The position numbers were made by a program, and so were the translations under genes. This document shows positions 24,201-35,185 of a DNA stretch of 36,312 nt, piece after piece; the first letter of the stretch is position 1; each line of letters opens with the position of its first letter. Source of the DNA: Octopus bimaculoides (lineage: Eukaryota); NCBI RefSeq assembly GCF_001194135.2, contig NC_068986.1:48428461-48464772 (forward strand), given 5' to 3'. A model generated the notes under the pieces. That model saw nothing but the letters and a program-made list of their open reading frames with translations. It searched no databases and had not been told where the DNA came from.

Positions 24201-24727
24201 GCGACAAACTAAGAGGGTAGGAGAATACGCTGAGGGCGTAGGGCACTTTTAGAATGCTATTTATGTTCTTTTGCTCTTTTGATGCCAAGCATATCATCAT
24301 GTTGGTAATATTTGTGACACCTTATGTTAATATCTCTATGCTCCTTTTAGCTGTTTACAGTTAGTCGCGTTGTGATTTTCGCCTTAACACTACTTCCATT
24401 ACGGCTGTTTTGGTTATTGTGATTGACCGTGATACTGTTATCGCTCTGTTATATTCTTGGTTGGGCGACATAGTGCTTGTGTTTACATTGTGAAAGGTTT
24501 ATTGTTTAAGAATTGTCGGTATGCTTACATGAAAAGCTTTCCAGTGTCCAATAATATGGATATTCTACGATGATTCTACATTAATCAGTTAATTAATCTA
24601 TAGCCTTTATTATTTATTACTGTTGTTAACAATTAATAGCAAGGATGTCTAAAATAGGTACAAAGTACAAATCTTAAGGAATTATTGTACACGATTAAAT
24701 CAAGTATCAATGTTTCACCGATATCAG

Positions 24728-25154
24728 CACAACTTCAGTCGGGAAAAATCAATTGAGTGCCTTCTCCTCTAAGTCATTCACTCTCGAGAAATTCTGGGAA
24801 AATCACATCGTGTCACTTGACAACAAAGGATATGACAGTGTTTGGCATATATCTCCTGGTGAAACCACCTACCTATCAGCATCACCTGACACTAAATCAG
24901 GAGTATCAGATCGTATCATTGCTGAGCGAGAAACCAAGGAACTTTTTGACCCACTTTTCGTTAATTATAGGAGACTCTTTGGCTCTGCTTATGTCGTACA
25001 AAATTTTTCTTCCGGTATTTTAGCGATCTACTTACCACCATATCCAAGAAAATCCATTCCTAAGCAAATTATGCCACGCTTCTCGTTTCCATTTCCTTCA
25101 GAACATAGACATTATGTACAAGCAGTCTCGACACTTCACATCGAGAAGGAATAA
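24728..25154 (+). CDS. Candidate terminal coding exon of an unidentified protein
   Basis: Stop-free frame 24699-25151 (151 codons, then TAA) in non-repetitive sequence: ...SAFSSKSFTLEKFWENHIVSLDNKGYDSVWHISPGETTYLSASPDTKSGVSDRIIAERETKELFDPLFVNYRRLFGSAYVVQNFSSGILAIYLPPYPRKSIPKQIMPRFSFPFPSEHRHYVQAVSTLHIEKE*. Possible acceptors are AG at 24726-24727 or 24737-24738. Family not recognised. Confidence 0.45.
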
Positions 25155-25345
25155 TGTGATCAATTAATACAACCACCTGAGAGTGCTGGAAGTAAAGAAC
25201 GCTGATTGCATCTAACTGATAGTAATCTGAAATGAGAAGCTTAATCACTGATCATAACTGCTTACGAACACACCATTATAGCAAGACAAAAATTGATTCA
25301 ACTCAGAGGACTAATGTAGACTCCGTGCAAAAAGGGACGAATGTA

Positions 25346-26075
25346 CAGTACCGCGCAAAAGTCTTCGGTCACCTTAAACTATTGTAAATTTCTACTAATT
25401 GACAACTTATTAATGGATGTTTCGCATTGCGTTTTTTACGGATGAAACATTGACCTGCCTGGAGTCATTTTCATCCTTAATCATTATATTTTGTAGTAGG
25501 AGTTCTGACTGAGAACAGAAGAAGCGAGACGGCTATCAAAAATGGCCGTGCAAAAGTTTCCGGCCACCTCACATAAACTAATCAAGATACAGTGTTTTTA
25601 AACAGGGAAATGTCAATGATGAAAATTTATTACATAATGTTCATTTCAAGAAGTTACAGCACATTGTTAATATTTCGTGTGGCTTCCCTTAGCTTGAATA
25701 AGTGCTTCAGCGTATCTGGGAAGAGATGCGTACAAATCCTTCACTATCTTCACAGGTATGAGATGCCATTCTCTGTGACTGAGCTCCCTCAGCCCTTAAA
25801 GATTGCGTAGTTTCTTCTGACGAACTTTTCTCTCTTGTTCTGTCCACATTTTGTTCAATGAAATTTAAGTCAGGGTTCTGAGCTGGCCAGTCTCTCAATA
25901 CGATAAAACCTTCAACAGCCAGACTCCGTTGTGTTGCATGCGATCTGTGGTATGGAGCTCCGTCATGCTGAAAAATTTCACCTTCAACCAAGTCTGGTAT
26001 CAAATAGTCCTTCAGTAACTGGATGTATTTGACACTATTCAGGTTACCATCAATTCTAACCAGCTTTCTTGAAAC
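25346..26075 (-). mobile_element. Truncated Tc1-family DNA transposon: 3' IR/DR terminal repeat plus transposase C-terminal part
   Basis: TA/CAGTACCGCGCAAAAGTCTTCGGTCACC terminus at 25344-25373; inner direct repeat at 25546-25569; AATAAA on the minus strand at 25626-25631; transposase remnant upstream. Confidence 0.9.
25667..26075 (-). pseudogene. Tc1 DDE transposase C-terminal fragment with a frameshift and a premature stop
   Basis: VSRKLVRIDGNLNSVKYIQLLKDYLIPDLVEGEIFQHDGAPYHRSHATQRSLAVEGFIVLRDWPAQNPDLNFIEQ, frameshift, then MWTEQERKVRQKKLRNL*GLRELSHREWHLIPVKIVKDLYASLPRYAEALIQAKGSHTKY*. Confidence 0.92.
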
Positions 26076-26142
26076 ATAACATTTTGTGTATCCCTAAAGC
26101 ACCAGATTCTTATCCTCAAACTTCAGTGTTTGCGTCCAGTGT

Positions 26143-26360
26143 TTGTGGTTAACAGACATGGAAATGGGAGAGATAAAAAGGGAAGTAGAGGATAAAAATA
26201 ATACTTCAGCAACAGATAACGTGCTCAGTGAGAACAGAAAAATGAAAGGCGGCAGTAAAGACGTAGAGCAAAATGTAAATGTAAATGCATTGTCGGCAAA
26301 TGAAGCAGAAATAATAGGAAGAGCTATATCACAAGAATGCGATGATGAGCAACAAGACAC
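26143..26360 (+). pseudogene. Possible N-terminal fragment of an R4/Dong-like retrotransposon ORF
   Basis: WLTDMEMGEIKREVE followed by an acidic low-complexity linker resembles the WL(T/S)(D/E).E...IKR motif I recall from R4-clade ORF N-termini. Short match only. Confidence 0.35.
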
Positions 26361-26384
26361 AGTGAGGACGCTGTGCCGATATAT

Positions 26385-26725
26385 TAGAGATGACCAGGAC
26401 CAAGCACCCACCAAGCACCACATTGATCAGTTGGACGACATGAACTAGCTTTCCAGGTGCCTCAACACAAGACCACTGATTTTCCTGATTAATTTTCTCT
26501 CCTGATACCGATCGTACTGCTTGAAAACCATACCGATTATCTCCGTGTGTTTGGTTTCCGACACCACAACGGTGACGTCATCGACATATGTCGACACATA
26601 CGTTCCACACGTGGGATGCTCCTCAACGTCTGCAGAGCTTGAGCAGTAGTAGCTCGTGAGCCAGTACGGGTAACAGTGACGAGAGGGAACAGCCCTGGCG
26701 GACCTAGCGCATGATGAAGGGTGCA
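26385..26725 (-). pseudogene. L1/Tx1-clade reverse transcriptase fragment with multiple frameshifts
   Basis: Minus-strand frames give PFIMR*VRQGCSLSSLLPVLAHELLLLKL (QGCPLSPLL motif), STYVDDVTVVVSETKHTEIIG (YADD motif), VSGEKINQE, and GLVL/GTWK. Confidence 0.85.
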
Positions 26726-26751
26726 AGTCGATTACACTAATCTCAGCACTC

Positions 26752-26845
26752 AACAGGTAGTTATTTTATTGATCTCGAAAAAGTCGACCTCGGCGGAATT
26801 TGAACTCCGAACGTAAAGACGGATAAAATGCCGCTAAGCATGTTG
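26752..26845 (-). mobile_element. SINE family C fragment, followed by (TAA)n at 26864-26906
   Basis: aagtcgacctcggcggaatttgaactccgaacgtaaagacggataaaatgccgctaagca. Confidence 0.85.
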
Positions 26846-26862
26846 GTTTAGTGGGGCAGAGA

Positions 26863-26906
<44 letters not shown>

Positions 26907-27709
26907 TAGTTTTTTCATACCTAAATTTCTAGTCTGACGAAAAAAAATCTCAAATGAAAAGTTCTTATTGAAAAAAATTGTTTTCTTCGCTAAAAGCCAG
27001 AACTGTCTGCTGTAATCTATACATTGGAAAACTGTAAAAATATCGAAAGTAAAATTTTATATTTATTTGTGTTAGAAAATTGACAGATAAAGCTCTAATT
27101 AATTATATATGACGTCTTAAAATATGCCTCAAAACGAACTCTCCTCCTTAAATAGTATCGAATACAGAATAGAAACACCACTATGTTTCATACGCCGCAC
27201 TTTTACTGCTAGTTCTTGTTAATAAATATTTTACATCAACAGATACCATCATAATTGAAATGAACGAAAAATGTAAAAAAAAAAAAAAAAAAAAAAAAAA
27301 TTAAAGAGCTCCAAAAATCCCTGTGATAAAATCAACATCTTTCGTCAGTTGAAATAACGAAGACTAAAAACAAAAACTAATGAAATCCTGTGTGACATGG
27401 CTACGGAATTATGGATATATATAAAAACCAACAGACTGATCGACATAGTCGAGAACGAAAAGTAAATAAATAAATAAAATAAAATAAAGTAAAATGAAAA
27501 TAAAAATCATAACAATAATGAAAAATATTTTTTTAAACTGACCAAAGCGATGGATGAAAATTTGTTAGATTATATCAAGTCATCTGTCAAAATCCATAAA
27601 CCAAGTAATATTCTTGAAAGCTATCATCTCTCAAGTGTACACTCTCATGTCGCCTTGTATTTAATTGATAATCTCTGTAAGAATGTTTAAAAAAAAAACC
27701 TTGGTATAT

Positions 27710-27962
27710 GAACTGTCGAAGGAACCAATACACGATCATAAAGTCTGTAAGAAATAGCAGCGAAATATCTTTTCAAATGATACCGAGCATTATATTTGTG
27801 TACGGAAAAAGAAAAAAATGGAAGGTTATATGAGGCGTATCTCAGTAGAATATATGAGAAAAAAAAAAAAGCAGCGCTTAATATTTGAATTGTCGAAGGA
27901 GCTCCGAAACGAACATACAACCTGTAAGACAACGCAGCGAAATAGCTTTTCAATTACAACGT
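27710..27962. repeat. Diverged direct repeat, ~75-bp units with 177-bp period
   Basis: gaactgtcgaaggaacc...ctgtaagaaatagcagcgaaatatcttttcaa versus gaattgtcgaaggagct...ctgtaagacaacgcagcgaaatagcttttcaa. Confidence 0.8.
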
Positions 27963-28674
27963 GCAATATAACACGCACAAACACACACACACACANNNNN
28001 NNNNNNNNNNNNNNNNNNNNNNNNNNNNNNNNNNNNNNNNNNNNNNNNNNNNNNNNNNNNNNNNNNNNNNNNNNNNNNNNNNNNNNNNNNNNNNNNNNNN
28101 NNNNNNNNNNNNNNNNNNNNNNNNNNNNNNNNNNNNNNNNNNNNNNNNNNNNNNNNNNNNNNNNNNNNNNNNNNNNNNNNNNNNNNNNNNNNNNNNNNNN
28201 NNNNNNNNNNNNNNNNNNNNNNNNNNNNNNNNNNNNNNNNNNNNNNNNNNNNNNNNNNNNNNNNNNNNNNNNNNNNNNNNNNNNNNNNNNNNNNNNNNNN
28301 NNNNNNNNNNNNNNNNNNNNNNNNNNNNNNNNNNNNNNNNNNNNNNNNNNNNNNNNNNNNNNNNNNNNNNNNNNNNNNNNNNNNNNNNNNNNNNNNNNNN
28401 NNNNNNNNNNNNNNNNNNNNNNNNNNNNNNNNNNNNNNNNNNNNNNNNNNNNNNNNNNNNNNNNNNNNNNNNNNNNNNNNNNNNNNNNNNNNNNNNNNNN
28501 NNNNNNNNNNNNNNNNNNNNNNNNNNNNNNNNNNNNNNNNNNNNNNNNNNNNNNNNNNNNNNNNNNNNNNNNNNNNNNNNNNNNNNNNNNNNNNNNNNNN
28601 NNNNNNNNNNNNNNNNNNNNNNNNNNNNNNNNNNNNNNNNNNNNNNNNNNNNNNNNNNNNNNNNNNNNNNNNNN

Positions 28675-29018
28675 GCATGCCATCTTGGGCAAGTGTCTTC
28701 TACTATAGACTCGGGCCGACCAAAGCCTTGTGAGTGGATTTGGTAGACGGAAACTGAAAGAAGACCGTCGTATATATGTATATATGTGTGTGTGTGTGTG
28801 TGTATATATGTTTGTGTGTCTGTTTGTCGGCCCAACTTCGCTTGACAACCGATGCTGGTGTGTTTACGTCCCCGTTACTTAGCGGTTCGGCAAAAGAGAC
28901 GGATAGAATAAGTACTAGGCTTACAAAGAATAAGTCCTGGGGTCGATTTCCTCGACTAAAGGCGGTGCTCCAGCATGGCCACAGTCAAATGATTGAAACA
29001 AGTAAAAGAGTAAAGAGT
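28675..29018 (+). mobile_element. SINE family B, head hidden in the gap
   Basis: High similarity to 14370-14717; internal TA/TG repeat; tail gtaaaagagtaaagagta. Confidence 0.92.
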
Positions 29019-29204
29019 ATACATACATACATGCATAAGATGGGCGTTCCCGTCGATGACGATGTATGAGTTTTCAGTTTTAGTCGAACGACCTGCACCA
29101 GAAAGGATTTGTCTATAGTGCTCAAGTATTCGCACCGCACATCAGTTCACTCCCTCTATTAGATCGACGTTGCTGAATAGGTGCACGGTGTGCCCCGCGT
29201 CAGG

Positions 29205-29325
29205 TATAGAAGTGAGCCCAGAGCAACGCGAGCTGAAGTGTTTTGCCCAAGATTACAACGTACCACTCGGTCTAGGAATTGAAATGACGATCGCACAACA
29301 CCGGAACCACCAGGCGATGCGGCCC
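29205..29325 (-). mobile_element. Diverged family A SINE fragment (head and central domain)
   Basis: agagcaacgcgagctgaagtgttttgcccaagattacaacg...ggaattgaa aligns with the family A domain. Confidence 0.6.
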
Positions 29326-29333
29326 CACTATAA

Positions 29334-29398
<65 letters not shown>

Positions 29399-29634
29399 GA
29401 TGAAGAAATTTGCAAGAAATGTATGTCTGAAAAATAGATAAGTGTCAAGGCTGTAATAATAAGGGTTTCCTTGATCGAAGTTGACTTGGGGTCTAAACAA
29501 TAAAGACATCAAGGAAGGATTGAGTTGAGGTTATATACCTGAAGAGCATTGTCATAGTTGGAACGCTTTTGATTAATGTCATCTGGTTCAGATTTGGCAT
29601 GAGATTCAGCAACCACTACAACTACTATCAATAA

Positions 29635-30170
29635 AACAACAAGAAGTAGATGGAATTATACCGTAGAAAATGTGGTCTTCCATATGGTAAAACCGTGATG
29701 GCTACGGCTGGAGCATAAGAGTACTGGATCAGTGTTGATATTGACTTAAACAACAAGAATCATACTGAGAAAGGTGGTTCAAAATATGGAAAAACCTGGA
29801 TGCTCATGGCTGGAGAGTCGTAGGTCTGTTGATCATAGGTGTACTAGATCAATATTGACCTAAGCTTAAGGCGGTGAGCTGACAGAATCGTTAGCACGAC
29901 GGGCGAAATGCTTAGCGGTCTTTGTCTGTCTTTATGTTCTGAGTTCAAATTCCGCCGAGGTCGACTTTGCCTTTCATCCTTTCAGGGTCGATAAATTAAG
30001 TACCAGTTGCGTACTGGGGTCGATATAATCGACTGTCCTCTTCCCCCAAAATTTCTGACCTTGTGCCTAGAGTAGAAAAAAATATTGACCTAGGCTTCAA
30101 CAACAACAATGAGCACATTGGAAAATGTGGTCCTCGATATACAAAAATTCAAAATGGTCACAACCGGAAT
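29635..30170. repeat. Degenerate ~115-120-bp tandem repeat (about 3 units) interrupted by a SINE
   Basis: The unit aacaacaa(g/c)aa...gaaa(a/g)(t/g)gtggt...tat(g/a).aaaa...atattgac(t/c)taa recurs at about 29635, 29750 and 30100. Confidence 0.6.
29868..30080 (+). mobile_element. Full-length SINE family C, tail variant Y, with a 17-bp TSD
   Basis: AAGGCGGTGAGCTGACAGAATCG head; B-box GAGTTCAAATTCC; flanked by AATATTGACCTA(A/G)GCTT at 29851-29867 and 30081-30097. Confidence 0.93.
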
Positions 30171-32349
30171 TCTTTCAATCATATATCTGTTGAGGTTAGT
30201 TGAAGCTAAACAACGACATGAGCAACAACAGCAACATCAACAACAGCAGCAAGCAGCAGCAAAAGCAAAAAAAAAAAGACAGCATATTTCACCTAAATTT
30301 GTTAAAAATCTTGAAGCGTGTCACTATTTAAAGCTTTCCCTGTTCATCAGACGTTGACAGATTTCGTTGTTATTGGTTTGTAAGGAAACAGCCAGCACCA
30401 TTATTAAAAGGATATTAAAAGCTGTCTAACAATATGCTACGTAAGAAAAAATGTATCCATAAACAATATGGACGAAATGTTTTCATTTACTTTCCACTCC
30501 TGTCAGATATCTTTCTTTACAGGCACCAATATCTGGCAATTGTTATATTTATTGTTTGTGACTCATTTAAATACGTAAAATAAAAAAGGACAAAATGATG
30601 ATCAACTTTGCTAAAATAGATCTGCGATGTCAGGATTTCAGCCGTGACCTTTCACTCTTTACGCGAATTACCCCATGCTATAAATATTTTCTACACTTTA
30701 TGTGTATGTATAACCCTCAAGTCCGTTAGGTAGGATAATTATGTGTTGATAACGCCGATTAAGGCAGACATACGTGTCCACAACGGTATCTTGTCTTTTC
30801 TTTATAATATGTGTTATGTCTCAAGCTACTGCTATCTAGCACCTTCGAATGATCTCTACTCAACCGCTACACGACGGCTACTCAACTCCTCTACCACGGC
30901 CAGAATACCTCTATTTATATGTTTTGGGCGATCCTAATTCTTCGATTGGGGGCATCAACACAACAATATGTCAATCCCGAAGGATTTGGATTTGCCCGTA
31001 AACTGCCACCAGGCATTTGTTTACATTTTTCTCGTAGAGAATATAATTTCAATAAATAAAGAATTTATCTTCTATGATATTTAGTATACCTTTGTTCATC
31101 TTTGCTCCATTTTCTTGCTTTCTCACTCTCTTTTCCTCTCTCTCTNNNNNNNNNNNNNNNNNNNNNNNNNNNNNNNNNNNNNNNNNNNNATATATATATA
31201 TATATAACTCATCCCTACATGACACGTCCGTTGCATCAGATGTTAGGAGGCAAGAATTAGGAAAAACCTCCCTGCTATATTGCTGAAGTATACGCTTCAG
31301 CAGTCAGTTCCTTTGTGCTTATTTAAATATTGCAACTATAAATAAAAGTAATATTAACAATAATCAATGAAACCTTCTTTCGGAGTTCAAATCGCGCAGA
31401 TTTTATCTACCTATAAGTCGTGATGCTGTGACGGGAACATTATGCAATGCAATCCGTAGAAAGAATAGACCTGAAGAGACAAATATAAGAACTGCGGTGT
31501 GGTGGAGGATATAACCATCCATAATTTGAAATTATACGGTTCGTCTCAGAGGAAATATTTTTCATTTTTAAAGGACCCGTTAATCTTCATCCTACGATAT
31601 ATGAACACATTCTAACCTATGAACGTAATCACACAAACAAAAGCTGGCGGAATTCTGGTTTAATCACCCCATATAACCATCCATAACTTTTGAAATTTTC
31701 AGAAAAGTTTTGCGAATATGTGTTCCACGCATTGGAATTCATACGATTTTAAATACTTTTAAAATCTTTTAAGCACCCCACTGTCTCATAAATCCTAAAA
31801 GCTCTGCTCTTTTTCGAATGTTTTTATCTTAATCAGTTTAAAATACGGACAGTCCGAATTTTTTGCTTAAATCGCAGCAACAGACAACCCTTAGGTGCAT
31901 CCTCATTATATATGTTTGTGGGGAGAAAAATATAGGAAAAAATCTATATATGTCAGAGTGAGAAAGAAACGAGGAAGGTATCGGGTGGTCACGAGATGTG
32001 TTAAAGATAGCACCTAAATCGTCCTTAACTCACAAACAAACATTTTTTCCTATAACCGTATGTATTCTCGTGTGTAGAACACAAATACGCAAAAATCTTC
32101 TGAAAATTCCAAACAATGAAAAAGGTAAGGAGGGGTTATGTCGAGTGCTTATACCAGAATCCTGCCTCAATACTAAGGAAATCATTTACAATCTTGAACG
32201 ACTTAGCAGCATGTACTATGATTTAACATATTGTTTAAGGATACCATGTAGTCACAAGCAAACACAGATACGTTCTCGACCCTCCCAATTCTTATGTAGA
32301 GGAATATCCAGGCTGTGTGCATAGAAAGGAGAGAGTTCAGAACCAGCTA

Positions 32350-32425
32350 TGGGCTGGTGCCTTACTGATTGACCTTGAAAGGACGAAAAGTAAAGTTGAC
32401 CTTAGCGAGATATGAACTTTGAGTC
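32350..32425 (-). mobile_element. SINE family C fragment
   Basis: ctggtgccttactgattgaccttgaaaggacgaaaagtaaagttgaccttagcgagatatgaact. Confidence 0.65.
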
Positions 32426-33053
32426 TATGGTGTTGGAAGAAATATCGCGATGCATTATATATGCCGTTGAAATGAAGCGACTGTCATTCAACCGTCTGCC
32501 TACATACATGCATACATTCCTGTATACATACATAGATACACATGTACAAACGTAAGTATGAACATATATACTTACAAAGATAAGTATACAAATATATTGT
32601 ATTAGACAATATTTCACAATAGTATTTACATTACTTTTAATGGTAGAAAATAGAATTGATGTGGTGTTGCAGAAATATGTGGTGCGCAGTGATATGAAAA
32701 GTATACAGAACCAAATTAGGTCAAATTCTATACAAATATTATGTATTTTTCTTAATACCTGTAATTACTGGTATAGTACGTTAAAGAATATATAAATAAT
32801 AGTCTTTAAAAAAAATGTGGACAGTCGTGCAACAGAAAAATATAATCAGCTAAGATGCCCTGCACTCTGGAAATTCAATCAGAAAGTAGAACAGTGCAAA
32901 TATGCAAGACTTTTTAAAAGTATAGCATATAATAGATTGGTGTTATCGAATTTTAAAATTCTAATAATGGGGTTGGTTTTGTTTCGTTTAACTAGCCTCT
33001 TGTCTATGAGATGAATTTTAAAAAAATTAAAAAAGCTTGTGAACAACCATATA

Positions 33054-33133
<80 letters not shown>

Positions 33134-33504
33134 TATGTGTGTGTATGTATGTATGTATGTATGTATGTATGTATATACATATGTATATGCATGTACGTAT
33201 ATATATATATGTATATATATACATACATACATACATTCATGCGTACATTCAACGTGATGAAGAGTCAATTGTTTGACCTTACTTGATCAGAAGTATCCAT
33301 CACTGTCATAGTCTATCTTTACAGCACCCAGATTAAAATTGGTTTGAATTTTTAGCATATCTCAAACAATTCCGTCCAGCTCTATCTTTAGCAACACAAA
33401 CATTCATTTTGTCGTTCCTTTGCATTTCCTCTTAAACAAATTTGTCGATTCGTTGTTTACAATATTCATTTAGACTGTCTTCCAAACTCTTTCTTTCATC
33501 TAAT

Positions 33505-33725
33505 TATTGATTTCTAATATTGGGCACAATGCCACATATCCTGGTTGATGGTAGAACCGATTAAATTGACCCTAGTACTTGACTGGTATTTTATTTTCAT
33601 CGACCTTATTGTAGGATAAATGTCAAAGTATTGACCTCGGTAGGATTTCAGTTCAGAACGTAAAAAAATCGTAACTAATTAAATACCACAAGGTATTTTG
33701 TACGAATAACTAACGATTCGCTCAA
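33505..33725 (-). mobile_element. Diverged SINE family C
   Basis: tttctaatattgggcacaatgcc...gaccctagtacttgactggtatttt...gacctcggtaggatttcagttcagaacg...ctaacgattc. Confidence 0.75.
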
Positions 33726-33823
33726 ATCACTTTGTAATCCATCATTCTAAGTCTTTTGTAATTACGGTTTAATTTCTAGTTCCAATAAGAGTTTCATTTG
33801 TTAAAAGGATAAAGGATAATAAT

Positions 33824-34063
33824 GATCCTTCCGGCATCACATAGATTCATGAGGCCGGTTTCCCTGTTTTTGAGTCGTATATTTTCCCCCAGGAGAGGAC
33901 GCCGGTCAGTCGTAGGATTACTCATTTTTAGCAACTGAGTGAAATGGACAACGTAAAATGAAGTGTTCTGCTCAAGAACACAACGCATCGCCCGGTCCGA
34001 GCGTCAGCCGCACAATCTTACGATCATGAGTCCGACACCCTAATCCGAAAACCATGCGCCTCC
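33824..34063 (-). mobile_element. SINE family A variant: same head and central domain, different tail (tail 2)
   Basis: actcatttttagcaactgagtg...aagtgttctgctcaagaacacaacgc...ccctaatcc...catgcgcctcc matches family A. 33824-33915 (gatccttccggcatcacatagattcatgaggccggtttccc...) does not match tail 1. Confidence 0.8.
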
Positions 34064-34514
34064 ATTGTCATGTGTTAGAACAAGAACTCTACATACATTT
34101 CCTAAGTGGTTGAATATTCCACAGTTATATGTACACATAATGTACTCTTCTACTTGAATCAGTGTGACATTATGTACAAAAAAATAGCTGTCCCCTTAAA
34201 TCACTAATAAACACAGTTTCCATTTACTTAGTTTCACTGGAGGGAATGTTATGGGAGAAAAAACTTGTCCCTAAGTGTTGTATGGAATCACATGCCGGGA
34301 GGAGCGAACATCGTAATCTATCTCAACATGCCTATACTCCTTTTGTGAATGTATAACCATAGTTAACCAATGCATCGCCCATGATTGTAACGATGAGAAT
34401 TAATGAAGTTCGATTACCAGAACTACATATTTACTGGATTACAGTATAAGACGTTCAGAATTCGGCAGACAAGTGTTTAATTTAGAGCTTTTTTCATGGA
34501 ATGGTGTTTTCCGA

Positions 34515-34623
34515 GTGCAGTGGTACTGCATGACATCCTGGAAAAGTGTCTTCTAATATAGTCCCATGCCAACCAAAGCCTTGTGAGTGGATTTGGTAGA
34601 CAGAAACTGAAAGAAGACCGTCG

Positions 34624-34655
<32 letters not shown>

Positions 34656-34835
34656 TGTATGTATGTATGTATATGTGATTTCCCCCTATCACCGTCTAAC
34701 AACCAGTGTGAGTGCGTTTATGTGCCCATAACATAACGGTTCAGTAAAATAGACTGACAGAATAAGTCCTGGGTGCTTCAGCATGGCCGCAGTCAAATGA
34801 CCGAAACAAGTAAAGGAAGAATAAATGAGAGAATA
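34515..34835 (+). mobile_element. SINE family B with internal (TATG)n
   Basis: ccaaagccttgtgagtggatttggtagacagaaactgaaagaagaccgtcg[TATG]n...cagcatggccgcagtcaaatgaccgaaacaagtaaa. Confidence 0.88.
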
Positions 34836-35077
34836 TAAAATCCGCTTGTACAATAATACATATACACACATACGCACATATAACATACAATCCCATAAAA
34901 TACACATACCCCCCACCCACACACACGTATGATGTATATAGAAAGTAAATTATTTGAATTAAAACGTAGCTAATTTTTTTGCAGTGTTTTTTTTTAAATA
35001 TATCGCAGCCTCTGCATCATGTATTTATTTGAGAACAATATTGCTCAATGTGTTAAGATTTTAAAGAAATAAGATAA

Positions 35078-35185
35078 TTGCGAGGTAAAGAAGTTTGCTT
35101 TGCAACCAAATTTCGGGTTCAGTCCCACTGGACGGCGACTTTGGCAAGTATCTTCTACAATATAACCAGACAAATCAACGAATTG
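35078..35185 (+). mobile_element. SINE family B head fragment
   Basis: ggtaaagaagtttgctttgcaacc...gggttcagtcccactg...ttggcaagtatcttctac. Confidence 0.7.

Noticed and set aside
27548-27689. Short ORF MDENLLDYIKSSVKIHKPSNILESY...
   Set aside because: Only 46 codons from the ATG, in AT-rich context, with no family recognised.
29635-30170. CRISPR-like repeat-spacer pattern here and at 27710-27962
   Set aside because: The units are long, diverged and few, and the context is eukaryotic with no cas genes.
30109-30357. Poly-Q/A ORF (EQQQQHQQQQQAAAKAKKK)
   Set aside because: A short CAA/CAG repeat next to an A-run within repeat-derived sequence; the flanking residues are not convincing. An exon cannot be fully excluded.
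30850-31058. Overlapping 55-70 codon open frames in a unique patch (...YVNPEGFGFARKLPPG...)
   Set aside because: No clear splice boundaries or recognisable motif. Worth a BLASTX, but not supportable from sequence alone.
32078-32124. 47-nt exon candidate ending AAG/GTAAGG (TQIRKNLLKIPNNEK)
   Set aside because: Weak acceptor, adjacent to repeat fragments, and too short to assess.
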